Assembly: GCA_013239625.1 (NCBI GenBank)
Contig: MU054323.1
Coordinates: 1,798,001 to 1,862,000, forward strand
Length of the DNA: 64,000 nucleotides
Direction of reading: 5' to 3'
Source: Lama guanicoe
Lineage: Eukaryota
The position numbers and the translations under genes were made by a program. The notes under the pieces are model-generated. The model was not told where the DNA came from and ran no database searches. It saw nothing but the letters and a program-made list of their open reading frames with translations. Shown here in pieces: positions 52,577 to 64,000 of the stretch (the first letter of the stretch is position 1; each line of letters opens with the position of its first letter).

Positions 52577-54647
52577 CCATTTCTTTCACCAGACTCAACT
52601 CATGATTCTCACCTATCTCTTTATATTAAGTCAAATACGTTTTAAAGAGAGTTTTAAAGAATGACAACACAGTATCACTAACACTGGATCTCATATTTAC
52701 ATTAAGTGCCAAGTAATATTTGAAATCTACATTTCTCTGGTAATTAGCTGTCAAACATTGCCCATGCTTGTCTTCATTGGTACTTTCTCAAGAATGAATT
52801 ATATATTCGTATACTTTTCTGGTTTCTCTATCAGGATCTAGATATTTTGGTATAAGCTGGGTGAGTCAGTCTAGGCAGAGTGCTTTCTCTTTAAAGAACC
52901 TAATGCTATCATTCTCTCGATCACACGCATGTACTATTCATCTAGCAAGACCTTGATTACTCCTAGAACCTCTGTCATGCACATATATATACTCTCATTG
53001 AATTTGTCACACCGTATTTTACCACATAAGATCTGGGCCAGAATGACTCTATCCCTAAAACTTATTAGAATTTAAAAAGTCTAAACATTAAACAAGGAAT
53101 TTCTTTCAAAAGTTGTATGAACCAAGTATGTGATGCCAGTGTTCCTTAAGGCACAGACATGCCTGGCCTATGTAGGTAGAAAGTGGCCTGCTCTGCACAG
53201 GGGACCCGAATATGTAAGGAATTCTGTACCAGTGAATACTTACACAGAAGGCTTTGATAAAGGCATGTGTAAAAATCAGAAAATGTCGACCATCATTATT
53301 ATTACAATGAAAAATGGATTTTGCAATGGCTTCTTAGGAATGGACTTGCTCAGGGATTGATGGATGCAAACCAGCTTTGTGTCCCCATGGAACACACTAG
53401 GAGACTTATTACATTGAGGCTCAAGGCTCATTTCAGAAGAAGGATTGCAAAAGGCAGGGAGGGAGAGGAGGTGCTCCAGGAGGCACTCGCCATCCAGGTG
53501 CTCGTGGTCTTCCCCGACTTGTACCTGCCCGCTGTGGAAGGAGAACCTGTTTAAACATATATATGTTTAAATATTTATATAGCAAATAAACAAATAAATA
53601 AAACCCTGCCAGAACAAGTGCACATAATGAGAAAAAGGCCTGTAGCTGGCCACTCAGAAAAGCACACTGTCTTTTGCAGAGGTTGATAAAAGCAAGCCAT
53701 AAATTCTTAGCATACAATTGTTCCTTTTTTCTTCATTAGTCAAAACCCAGAAACAAACGAAAATGTTTTGACATCGTGTATATCAACTTTATGGTGGCTA
53801 CAAGTCTTAATCTCCTGACTCAGGGCCATGGAGGAAAGTGGGGCTTGTGAAGGATGTCCTGGGCAGGCCATAAACTAACTGAGCTTCTGGGAAATTCTGT
53901 GATTAGGAGGGAGAAAGGACCCTCCAATATCTCCTCGCTTCAGAGAAAGGCAGGAAGGCAGGCAGCCCCAGCGCTCTCACAGAGGCACCAGGCTCAGAAC
54001 GGTGGGAGGATGGAGGGCTCCAGGCTGGTGGTTCCCCCGGCGGGGTCGTGGTGGGAAAATGGTGAGGGAGGCAGGCAAGAGACTGTTGCCAGATTGTAAA
54101 TCACTGGTCTACATGGACTCTGATTTATTCCTCTCAGTACCTGCCTGTTCCTTCTTTATTGATGGGATGCTGTGGTTGGCAAGGATCTTACCAACTACCC
54201 AGGAGGCTCCTGCTAAGCTGGTGCTCGGGAGAGGTCAATAAAGGCATCAGTCTCCCTTGACCTCATATTTACTGATGTCCATTTTCCTCCAGTTAGATTT
54301 CAAAATATATCATTTTACGATATTTTGAAGACTGAATGGAACAATGAAAAACACATGTGCGGTACAGTTTTGAACTTCAGTTCTGACTCCATCACTTATT
54401 AAGTCTTTACTAACTCTCAAGTGAACGTGGGCAGGGCACTTAAACCCACTGAATTTTAGCTTCTAATCTGTAAAGTTTCTGTTTCAGAGGGTTTACTAAA
54501 TATTTATTAAGCTTTCATCGAATTTAATTAATATTAATTGAATACCTGCTAAGTGCCAGACACTGGGTCCTGGGTCCTGCGAGCCATCATCCTCGAGTTT
54601 ACAGACTAATGAGAAGATAGAGATTAATTAAATAACTAATCAATTAA

Positions 54648-54750
54648 TCTATGGCTGCGCAGGTTGTGCACTGCACAATTCCAGGGGGAGCCATTCACAA
54701 TGTAGTCCATATGGATGGTGTTCTATGAAGCTGGGCAGTATGTAACCTGG
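54648..54750. mobile_element. MER91-like MITE (second copy)
   Basis: 'gcgcaggttgtgcactgcacaattccagggggagccattcacaatgtagtccatatggatgg', homologous to 21892-22025. Confidence 0.65.
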
Positions 54751-55739
54751 ATGACAGCACATGGTAAGCACTCTGAAAGAAAGGAAACTGGCTCTATTAG
54801 AGATTGTATAAAGGATAATTAATTTAGACTCACGAATTGGAAAAGAATTCTGCAAAGAGCTACTTGAACTGAAGTGCAAAATAAATAGCAGTTTGGTGTT
54901 TAGAACTGGGCAGCGCATATGATAGAATCTACAATACACTTTCATTATCTGTGCATTCTGTCTCCAGATAGCCTCTCTATTGGGTCTCACTCTCTGATTT
55001 GTGGTGTCACGAAGTAGATTCCTGAACAAGGCCATCTCAAGAGCTAGGAAGAGCCCGCAACAGGAGGTACAGAGAAAGAACCCAAGCACAGAATAAATTC
55101 CACGTTTTGCTGTCAGGACAGATTCTGAGCCATGGCTGAGTTAAAATTCAGACCTAGTGGCTCCAGTTTAGCATAGAGGCTCCGGATAAGGGATGAGACA
55201 CAGCAAGGCATGGTGACATTATTATTGTTATTAATGACGTTTCCAGGCCTGGGTTAGCCCTGCTGATGCTCTCAACCCAGGCTGTGGGGAGCAGGTTCAT
55301 GAAATATACACCAAAATTCACACCCCACCCGGTTCTCTCCACTGGCCTCTACTGTACATCTCCAAGCATGAGAAGGGGCCAAGGTGGGAGAGTGTGAGGG
55401 GTGAGGGTATGAGGGGAGGGAGGACCTCAACTGTGGCAGGGCTCACAGTGGGTGGTGAGCATCAAGGAGAAGGGTCTTAGAGCTAGGGCCTGCTGATGAC
55501 ATATTACCTTCCCGGGGCTCCTCTAACTGCAAGTCCCAGGCTCAGGAGGGAGGGTTTCTCATCTCTCACTGCTGTTTCTATGGGTTATGGGCACGCTCAG
55601 CTTCCCATTCTTCCCTGAACAGGTCATCGCATTCCTACATCAGGTCTTTGTTCATATTGTGACTCTAGTTCCAATCTCAGTACACACTTTCTGTTGCCCC
55701 TCCACGCCTACTCTCTCATCTTCTCCAGCCTACGTGAAC

Positions 55740-56120
55740 TACACGAATGAGATTCCTTGCCATTTGGCTTCCTGATAGGTTTGGCGAGTGAGGTCATCCC
55801 CCCTGCAGGAGATTAGAGGGAGGAGAGTGAGGCCAGACTGTATTTCCAGCTCCTGTCCTGCAATGGCACCTCTGGCTGGCTGTGTCCCTCGACCAGTGGT
55901 CACTGTTCCTTTCGAGATGTCCAACAGTGCATGGCTGTCTTCTTCTGGGCTTTGGTAATTACACAATTGCTCCCCTACTGGCCCTGAGTTACCTCACTCT
56001 CCCCTGGGTTACTGTGGTTTCTCTCTCCTATCCCTTCAGAAAAAGCCCCTTTGAAATAACCTCTCCTGAAAGTATCCCATTTTGAGTGTGTCATCTGCTT
56101 CCTGCTGGAAGTCTGATACA
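55740..56120 (+). mobile_element. LTR33-like ERVL LTR inserted in an L2 relic (about 55600-56410)
   Basis: 'gcaggagattagagggaggagagtgaggcc' and terminus 'tttgagtgtgtcatctgcttcctgctggaagtctgataca'. L2-like sequence on both sides. Confidence 0.7.
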
Positions 56121-59100
56121 GATGCCTTTCCATGTCTTCCCTTACTGACGAACTTCAACAAAAATTTCAAGTTCTCACTCAAAGGCTACCATCCTTCTAG
56201 AGCACTTCCTATCACTCCATCTCAACACCACACGCAGACTTATTCAGCCAATACACCGGCATCTCACAACACCCATGCTCGCCTCCATGTGGTTCTTACT
56301 GGTTTCTCTGGGGGTTATTTGTTGCATGTCTACTTTATCCGTCACTTCCTGTATCAGATTGTGAGCTCCTCGGGGCAGGAGTGTATGTTACTCAGTTTCT
56401 TGTCTCTGGTGTTTTGCTGGCTTCCTGTTCCTTTTGTGAGTGCACTCAGGCCAGCCATGGGGAGCCGGCAAGGGCCAGTGTAACTTTCTGTAGAATGCAT
56501 CGTCTTCTTCCTAGAATGGCTGCTTGTGACGTTTAATCTCTACAAGGCACTGTGTGGGGTTTTTTTCTAACTCGGTTAAAACTCTTGATATTTTGATATC
56601 TCCATAATCAGGGAGCCAGAAGAGGTGAGCTTGTTTGATGGGACTTGGGGAAAACTTCTGCCCCAATTTGCATTAGGATTAGTAAAACCAATCAAGCCAT
56701 ACATAGATCAACCACTGGGTGTTAAGAACCTGTGGTGTGCTAGGAGTTGCATCCACCCTACTAGGATGCCGTGATTTTCAGATCAGAGTTTTAGAAAGTT
56801 TACAAAGAGCTCTGGGGGAAAATGTGAGCAGAAGCAAAACACAGGTTCCTCTTATTTTGACCCTTACATCCAATACATGCTGTTGTCTCAGAGATCACAG
56901 GCTTGGGCAGTAATACTGACTCAAGAAGTCACAGAATCTCTTCTCCTTCCTCCTTCACTTCCTTTCTTTATCCTTCCTGGCAGCATATGTCTACAGCCCT
57001 CAAAGCCAAAGTTTTCTAGTAAATAAAATTCTTCTTCCTCCTCAGGATTTTCTCATGACAAGCAGGGATGTAGGAAGCCAAGACTGACTCATACCAAGTT
57101 CCTAAATAGTGATTTAACTTGGTTATCACTGGGCTTGTATGATTCTCCATGGTATTAAAGGCACCCAAGGACACTGGGGTGGCTCTGCAAGACCCATCCC
57201 TTCTTGGTCACCATCTCCTTTTGTCCTTCACCATCTTTTCCTGTTCTTTGGGGGCCCCAGTGGAGACTGACCAGTCTACACAGTTGGAATCCTCTTGGTG
57301 ACAGTACCTGTCCCAAAGAAGCGTGGAGCTGCTCGGGTCATTGTATCCATGGACTCAGAGTAGTTGGTCCACTGATGGAGCTGAATGCTTCCAGAGCAGA
57401 AACGTGAGTCTCAGCTGACTCTTCACCCACAGAGACACAGTGAATGTCTTCATTTGTTTTCTCTGGGCATTTCTTTGTAAATTCCACTCATCTTTCATCT
57501 TCAGATTTTTTGATTAAAAATGCTGCCAGCAGAGCAATTTGATGTCCAGGTGAAGATGCTGTTTGTGAGGCACTTTTCTTTTTTGGGGAGTTGGAGTAGA
57601 AAATTCTTTTATGCTCAGAAAACTTGCTATTGTTTTTACTTTTTCAGCTGGGAATGTGAAGCAGGAGCTGACAGAATGTGTTAACCTTTCTGTGCTGTGT
57701 TACTTCATCTGCTTCGCTCTCGGTCCCTGCACACAGCTTTGGATTCCACAGACACAGTGAAGCAGCTGCTCTTGGGCGCTCCAGACCCAGAGTAGCAGAG
57801 AGCCCCAGCGAGGGACCCCTTGCCCTTCTCGCCAAAGGGTGCCTGCTCTGCATGTGGTGACTCTAGGGACTGAGAAGTGACAGGGTACAGAGCACCTTCA
57901 GAGGGGCTACAAGGATGTGGACTCACAGTCTCTAAATCCTTTTCATTAGCTCTTGTCTCCATAGCAGTTAAATACATGAATATTATTAACGGATTTGAAA
58001 ATCATTTGTTATGAGCCTCCTATGAGCCTGGTGCCATGTTAAGCACTATGGAGTTCATAGTTACCGCCCTCAAGAAGCTCAAGTCTAATGAGGAGACAGA
58101 AGCACATAGCCAGGCAGCACAAGACACCACAGGAGCTAAGAGGAAGGAAGGAGAGTTTTCTGCATCTGGGTTTGGCAGATGCTCCAGTGCAAATCCTACC
58201 CACCGACGGCAGGGCCGCTGGGAGAGCAAGGCAGATGCGGGCAGTCAGATGTGCTGCCTTATTCTCTTGCTCAGGGTCTCAACTGACTAGCTTAGTAAAC
58301 AGGCATTCACATTTTAGTCCAATGAAATTGTCCTCTGAGGCTGACAAAATGGAAAGCCTCCAGAAGCGTCCTTAAAAAGTGTAGTCTGACATCTGAGTGA
58401 AGACCAATGTGCTAAATGGTGGCTATCTGCACCTGAGCTTTAGGGAGGAGGCAGTGGGGTGCACCAGCTCCCACAGGGCAGGGACTGTGGGTTCTGTGTT
58501 CACAGAACCCAGTGTGGTGCCTGGCACCCAGGAGAAATTCAGTAACTTACTGAATTGAATTACAAAATGGCTTAATGAGTCAGGAGTTGAGCAATCTGTG
58601 TGGCAGCTGGGTGACTTTTGAACTGTCACTTTTCCTCCTCTCGGTTTCCTCATCTATGAAAAGAGCGTTCATGTTTGAAGAGTTCCAAGAACACATCCTG
58701 CTTTGATGTTTCCTCGGTCAATAGAATAACATGAAATAAAAGAAAAATCCACCCCTCTCAGGAAGGAAAGGGGCCCAGGGTGACTGACTGTGCCCAGGAT
58801 GAGAAGAGCAGCTCCCTGAAGGGTTTATGACACCAGTTCATGCAGCAAACTGGTATCAAATAAGGTCTAAGTCCAGTACATTTCACAGTGGAGAGTCTGA
58901 GTTGACTGAACATTCCAAGTTGAATATTCCAAGTTAAAGGTGTATTTCCATTAAGGGGATTTATATCCCTGTCATACTCAAGGGGGATTTTTTTCCCCAT
59001 GCTTTTGGTTTATGGAGTTCTTTGGGACACTAAAACTCTAGGAGGGAAAAAAAGGGGAAAGAAACTTCTTCTTAGAAGAAACTGGCATCAGAGGCCCTGA

Positions 59101-61579
59101 TACAATTTATGAAATTAATTGTTACAGTTGATTGAAAGGGGTCAAGGATGGAAATGATATGTTGTGTACCTAGTTTAGCTAATACTGGACAGAAGAAATA
59201 CTTCATGGCAATAAGTGATTTATTTGGGAAAAGGCGGGACCACACAGTTACTCATTTCCTAACCATGTCCCTAGTTGAATGGGAAGGACCACTCGGTTGA
59301 GATTAGGATCATTGGAGGCTCTAAACGCAGATCTTGGTGCTACTTTCCAATGTTCCTCCTTTAAATATCTCACCTAAAATTCAGCCCAGAATTTTCACCT
59401 GAATCTTTGCTGACATGTGAAGAGCCCTAGAAGAAGAGAAAAGCTGTGTCTCTGAGGCTATTTTGTCTACATTCAGCCATGGAGGGACATTAATTTGAAG
59501 TTTCATCTCAAACTAAGTGATGCTCATAGTGTGAAAAAGAGAGGCAGGACCCTAGACAAAGTAAAAAAAAAAAATCACTAGTTAGAACGTTTGCAGAGAT
59601 TGTACTGGATGTTTACTGATATAAAAGATATAGTCATAAAACTGTGTTGTGCAGGGAGAGAGAGAGTTGGTGGATAAGGCGAAGAAGAGCTTTGAAAGGA
59701 ACTGGAGTTCAGGACAGAATTTTAATCATGAAGGAACGTGAAGGTCAAGGCCGAAGTCCAGCCCTTACATGCACTGATTTGGAGCAAAATAAAGAAGATG
59801 GTCAAAAAAGCTGAACAAATGAACTGCTTCCAGCTAGTACTGCGTAGCAAATACAATTGCACTTTCCTGACTCTGTATCCCTTCCCTGCCTACCTCCAGT
59901 ATTGATCCCAGAATCCAGGTCAGGCTGAAGTGTAGAACAATTAGTTTCAAATTCCAAGGGTGCGAGGCAAGGATCCTAACAGGCCACTGCAATACTAATA
60001 TGCTTAAGGAAGTCTTATCTCCAAACACCCCTTGTTTTGGGGGTTTTCAGAAATTTGAGCATTTTCAAAGTCTTTACAAAGGGTTGGAAGAAGTCAGTGG
60101 TAGGTATGAGTTTGCTAAGAGTGCTATTTCTATAAGAGTCAGGTGCTGAGCATTAATGATATTAATGAGCATGCACCTGTCACATTCACCAGTATGAAAC
60201 TGTCATCTGTGTAGGATCCTCCCCTTCCCCCTCAATTACTTTAAAACTGCTGCAGTTTGCAGGCTGCAGTCCATTTTTATACTGAAAGATTGGGAAAATG
60301 TGGGATCTCCAGAATAGCTCAGAGGGTCTGCAACAGTTCAATCCATTTCAACTTCAAGTGAAATAATTCCATAGGATGGGAGGAAGATTTTAGTTCTCAG
60401 ATCAGGTAGTCATTAGCTAAGCTATTGTCCATCTGCTAACTTCAAACTTACTGACTTCTTTGGGGAAATAATAATGAAAAACAAAAATTTTTAAAAAGAG
60501 GCTAAAATGAGTTTCATGTGCTGCCGACCATAAAAGATGCCATTTGAATTTATGAATAATGAATAGAAGAACTTTCACTTGGACTCAATTTTCTTGGCTG
60601 CTACCAAACTTCCCTAAGAAACAAATATCCACTAACTTATATGCTGGTCACCTCTCAGGACACATTGAGAAATACGACAGAAATGCTAGATGGTGTCAGA
60701 AATCATTTTTAGTGTGAAGTGAGTCTTATAGTTCATTACTTCTTGAGTTTCTTACCCTTATAAAAGTTTCCAAGTTTAGAGAAATACTGAAGTTCTTCCC
60801 ACAGGAGAACATGTACCGATTCAGATGAGCTGTATTAACACTTGGGCAAGAAAGTCCCTTACCTTATTCCTCACACTGCAATTTTACACAGGGTGGTAAG
60901 GGAGATAAGGTGGACTAGGAGGTGACAGAACAAGGCTGGTTCTGGTGATGCTTCTAAGAGCAGTGAGATCTCGGGCAAATCTTCCAAGTTTTAGGCAAGT
61001 TTTCAAGTATTCTCTCCTCATTGGCAACCTTATAAAAGCAGCTTATATAATTGTTTTGAAAATTAAATAAATGAATATAAAGGTACACTGTCAAACTATA
61101 AAGTATAAGCATATTCTTAGGTTTAAATCCAGCTCGTTTACATACTACACTGCCTATATTAAAATTTGAAGGTACAAATATATTTTCTGGAAATAAGTGT
61201 CTGTGTCTATCAAGATACTGCTTGGATGAAAAAGTTATCAAAGCTTTTGAAAGAGAACATATTTCATAGGGAAATATAGGTTTCCTTATTTTACTTTTTT
61301 TTTCCTTTGTGGTTAACTCACTAAAAATTGCACCAAATGAGTAAGATAGAAACCACTATCCACACTTAATATTCTTTTCTTTTTCCTTAAATGTGAGGAA
61401 GAGTGGGATGATGTGAACTAAGATCTAAAGAACCCTGTCCAGGGCCAAGGGCAGTGGGCATCCTTAAATGCCATCTGTCAGGAGTAAGGAGGCAGATCCT
61501 TCCTATAAAATTTCTCTTGGATCAGGTCTCTGTGACTGTCAGAATTCAAGGATCATGACATAAGCTTGCAAAGGGAAAT

Positions 61580-62605
61580 CTAATGAAAGAAATGGAAGTG
61601 ACACAAGCAAATGAAAAGGTATACCATGTTTGCAGACTGGAAAGGTTAATATTGTCAAAATGACATTACCAAAGGCAATCTACAGATTCAATGCATTCCC
61701 TGTCAAAATACCAATGGATTTTTTTCATAGAACTAGAACAAACAATTCTTAAATTTGTATGGAAACACAAAAGACCCCAAATAGCCAAAATAATCTTGAG
61801 AAAGAACAAAGCTGGAGGTATCACTCTTCCTTATTTCAATCCATACTACAAAACTATGGTAATCAAAAGAGTAATCAAAATCAAAAGAGCCCAGGAATAA
61901 ACCTACACTTACATGGTCAATTAATCTATGACAAAGGAGGCAAGACTATACAATGGGGAAAAGATAGCCTCTTCAATAAATAGTGTTGGGAAAACAGGAA
62001 AGCTACATGCAAAAGGAACAAACTGGGCCATTTCTCACACTGCATACAGAAACAAAATCAAAATGGATTAAGGACTTCAATATAAGACCTGAAACTACCA
62101 AACTTCTAGAAGAAAACATGGGCACAATGTCCTTTGACATTGATCTTAGTAATATGCACCCTCAGGCAAGGGAAACAAAAGTGAAAAGAAACAGGTGGGA
62201 CTACGTCAAACTGAAAAGATTTTGCACAGCAAAGGAACTGTCAAAAATAATGTATGTTTTTATTTACATGTGGAATCCAAAAAACAAAACAAATGAACAA
62301 ACATAACCAAACAGAAACTGACTCATATATACAAACAGGTGGTTGCCAAAGGGGAAAGTGAGGGAATGGGTGAAATAGGTGAGGAGATTAAGAGATACGA
62401 TCTTCCAGTTACACAATAAGTGAGTCATGGGGATGAAATGTACAGCACAGGGGAATACAGTCAATTGTATCGTAGGTCTCTTTGGTGACAGATGGTAACT
62501 AGACTTATTATGGTGATAATTTTATAATGTATACAAATATTATTCTCCTGGCACCAGCATAGTGTTGTAGGTCAATTACAGTTCAATTGAAAATACAAAA
62601 TAAAA
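61580..62605 (+). mobile_element. Internally deleted L1 (ORF2 fragment plus L1MA-type 3' end)
   Basis: Peptides [59 protein letters not shown] and KWIKDFNIRPETTKLLEENMG are L1 ORF2p, with frameshifts. The sequence jumps to the 3'UTR at about 62250. Confidence 0.93.
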
Positions 62606-63135
62606 GATCTTGTGTGGACACAGTTTTTCATTTGTCTTGGGTAAACACCTGGGAATGGAATGACTGGGCATTAGGCTAAATGTTATGTTTTACATTATAA
62701 GAAAATTTCCATTGTTTTCCAATATGGTTGTAGCAGTCAACATTGCCACAAGCAGTGTATAAAAGTTCCAATTTCTCCACATCTTTGTCAACACTGGTAC
62801 AGTTAGTTCTTTTAATTTTAGCATTCACATGGGGCATAAAGGCATGTCATTGTGGTTTACAGTCCTTTAATGACTAATGTTAATCATGTTTTTGGTATCT
62901 ATTGGTTATGTGCATACTTTTTATGGAGTATCAATGTAAATCTTTTGTCTATTTTTTGGTTGAGAGTTTATCTTATAATTAAACTGTAAGTGCTTTTATG
63001 TATTTTGGGCATAAGTTCTATGTTGTACATTTGACATTATCTATCTATTTATGTCTGTATGTATCAATCTATCTAATTTTCAACCTGTTAATGGGTTATC
63101 TTTCCACTTTTAAAAAGGAGTCTTAAAAAACAGAA
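62606..63135 (-). mobile_element. Old L1 (L1MC/ME-like) ORF2 relic
   Basis: 'tttcatttgtcttgggtaaacacctgggaatggaatgactggg...ccacaagcagtgtataaaagttccaatttctccacatctttgtcaacact'. Confidence 0.8.
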
Positions 63136-63399
63136 AGGTCTACCTCAAAGTTACAAATGTCATATATACATATAAATATGCATGTTTAATGTATATCCCC
63201 ATGACTCCACCTGTAAGTAATACTCTATCAATTCATTTGAAATGTAAGAAGTTGAAAGCATCATATTTTCATTTCTCCCCATCCCCATGCCTATGCTTTT
63301 GTTTTCATATATTTTACCTCTACAAGTATTATCCATTTCACAGTACATTTGAAATATTTGTAACTCACTTGTCTCTTAAGAAATTAAAACTCTTCATTT

Positions 63400-64000
63400 C
63401 TAGTTACATGCATATTTATCTTTTCTGGCACTTTTCACTTCCTTTAATAGACCCAAAATTATTTATAGTTTTGTTTACTTTCTAACTAAAGAACTTCCAT
63501 TAATAATTTTTTGGAGTGTAGATTTTCTGGAAACAAATTCTCTCAGGTTCGATTTGTCTGAACATCTTTATTTTGCCTGCATTTTACATATATTTTCATA
63601 ATGAATAGAATCCTAGCTCTTCATCTAAGGTACAACCATTGAAAGTTTCTCCTGAATATCCCAGCTGATCAAAGAGGACTTTCCTTCTTACCTTGTGCAT
63701 TAATTCTTTGGGAATTGTTCAGCTTATAGCTCCTCAGTCATGCTTTCCCTGGCTGTGTACAGTGCAGTCCCATGCGAGCACAACTCGGTATTCTACAAAG
63801 GTTCAAGGAGACTCCAGTCAGATTTCTGGAATTCTTTTCCACAGCACACTCCTTTCTAAACTCTTTCCTGCACGTTCCAGCTGCTTCATCTTCCCCGGAC
63901 TCTAATCTGAACTCTGTCTCCTCAATTCAGGAAGATAGCCTTGCTGTGTTTAGAGCCCCCCTCTCTGCACTGTGGTCCAGATTATGCATCTGGACAGAAA
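63400..64000 (-). mobile_element. Old L1 ORF1/5' region relic
   Basis: 'tttctggaaacaaattctctcaggttcgatttgtctgaacatctttattttgcc' and 'aactctgtctcctcaattcaggaaga' resemble reverse-strand L1M 5' sequence. Confidence 0.55.

Noticed and set aside
53400..53548. Possible minus-strand exon after 'tttaaacag'
   Set aside because: Weak polypyrimidine tract, no convincing donor and no recognisable peptide in any frame.
59575..59835. TATA box (tataaaa near 59621) followed by a purine-rich exon-like stretch
   Set aside because: All frames close quickly, there is no CpG island or other promoter support, and such motifs are expected by chance.
61691..62306. Protein-coding gene from three consecutive ORFs
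   Set aside because: These are frameshifted fragments of L1 ORF2p. The same applies to the ORFs at 18034-18475, 20233-20674, 25140-25418 and 40768-41058.
1..64000. Prokaryotic-type systems (CRISPR array, operon, defence island, retron)
   Set aside because: The sequence is mammalian repeat-rich non-coding DNA with no long ORFs and no regularly spaced repeat-spacer array.

Overview
Mammalian non-coding DNA (intergenic or deep intronic), very probably from a camelid. The evidence is a vic-1-type tRNA-derived SINE with target-site duplications at 12692-12828 and several young L1 3' ends of one lineage. I find no convincing protein-coding gene. The listed ORFs are short and compositionally random, or are decayed L1 ORF1/ORF2 or CR1 fragments. 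Much of the window is old interspersed repeat: MIR, L2, L3/CR1, L1M, MLT1/LTR33 LTRs, ERV1-like solo LTRs and hAT MITEs (MER5, MER58, MER91). The notable structures are: (1) an almost perfect 2199-bp direct tandem duplication (16528-18726 / 18727-20925) whose junction lies in a (TA)n palindrome; (2) a full-length U6 snRNA retrocopy fused to an L1 3' end (40174-40501, minus strand); (3) two 5'-inverted (twin-primed) L1 insertions; (4) a three-level nested MER5 > L1MB > LTR insertion; (5) a perfect 60-bp palindrome; (6) a strong CTCF-like motif. I see no evidence for a previously undescribed biological system. Repeat family names come from recalled consensus sequences, and boundaries are approximate unless TSDs are given.
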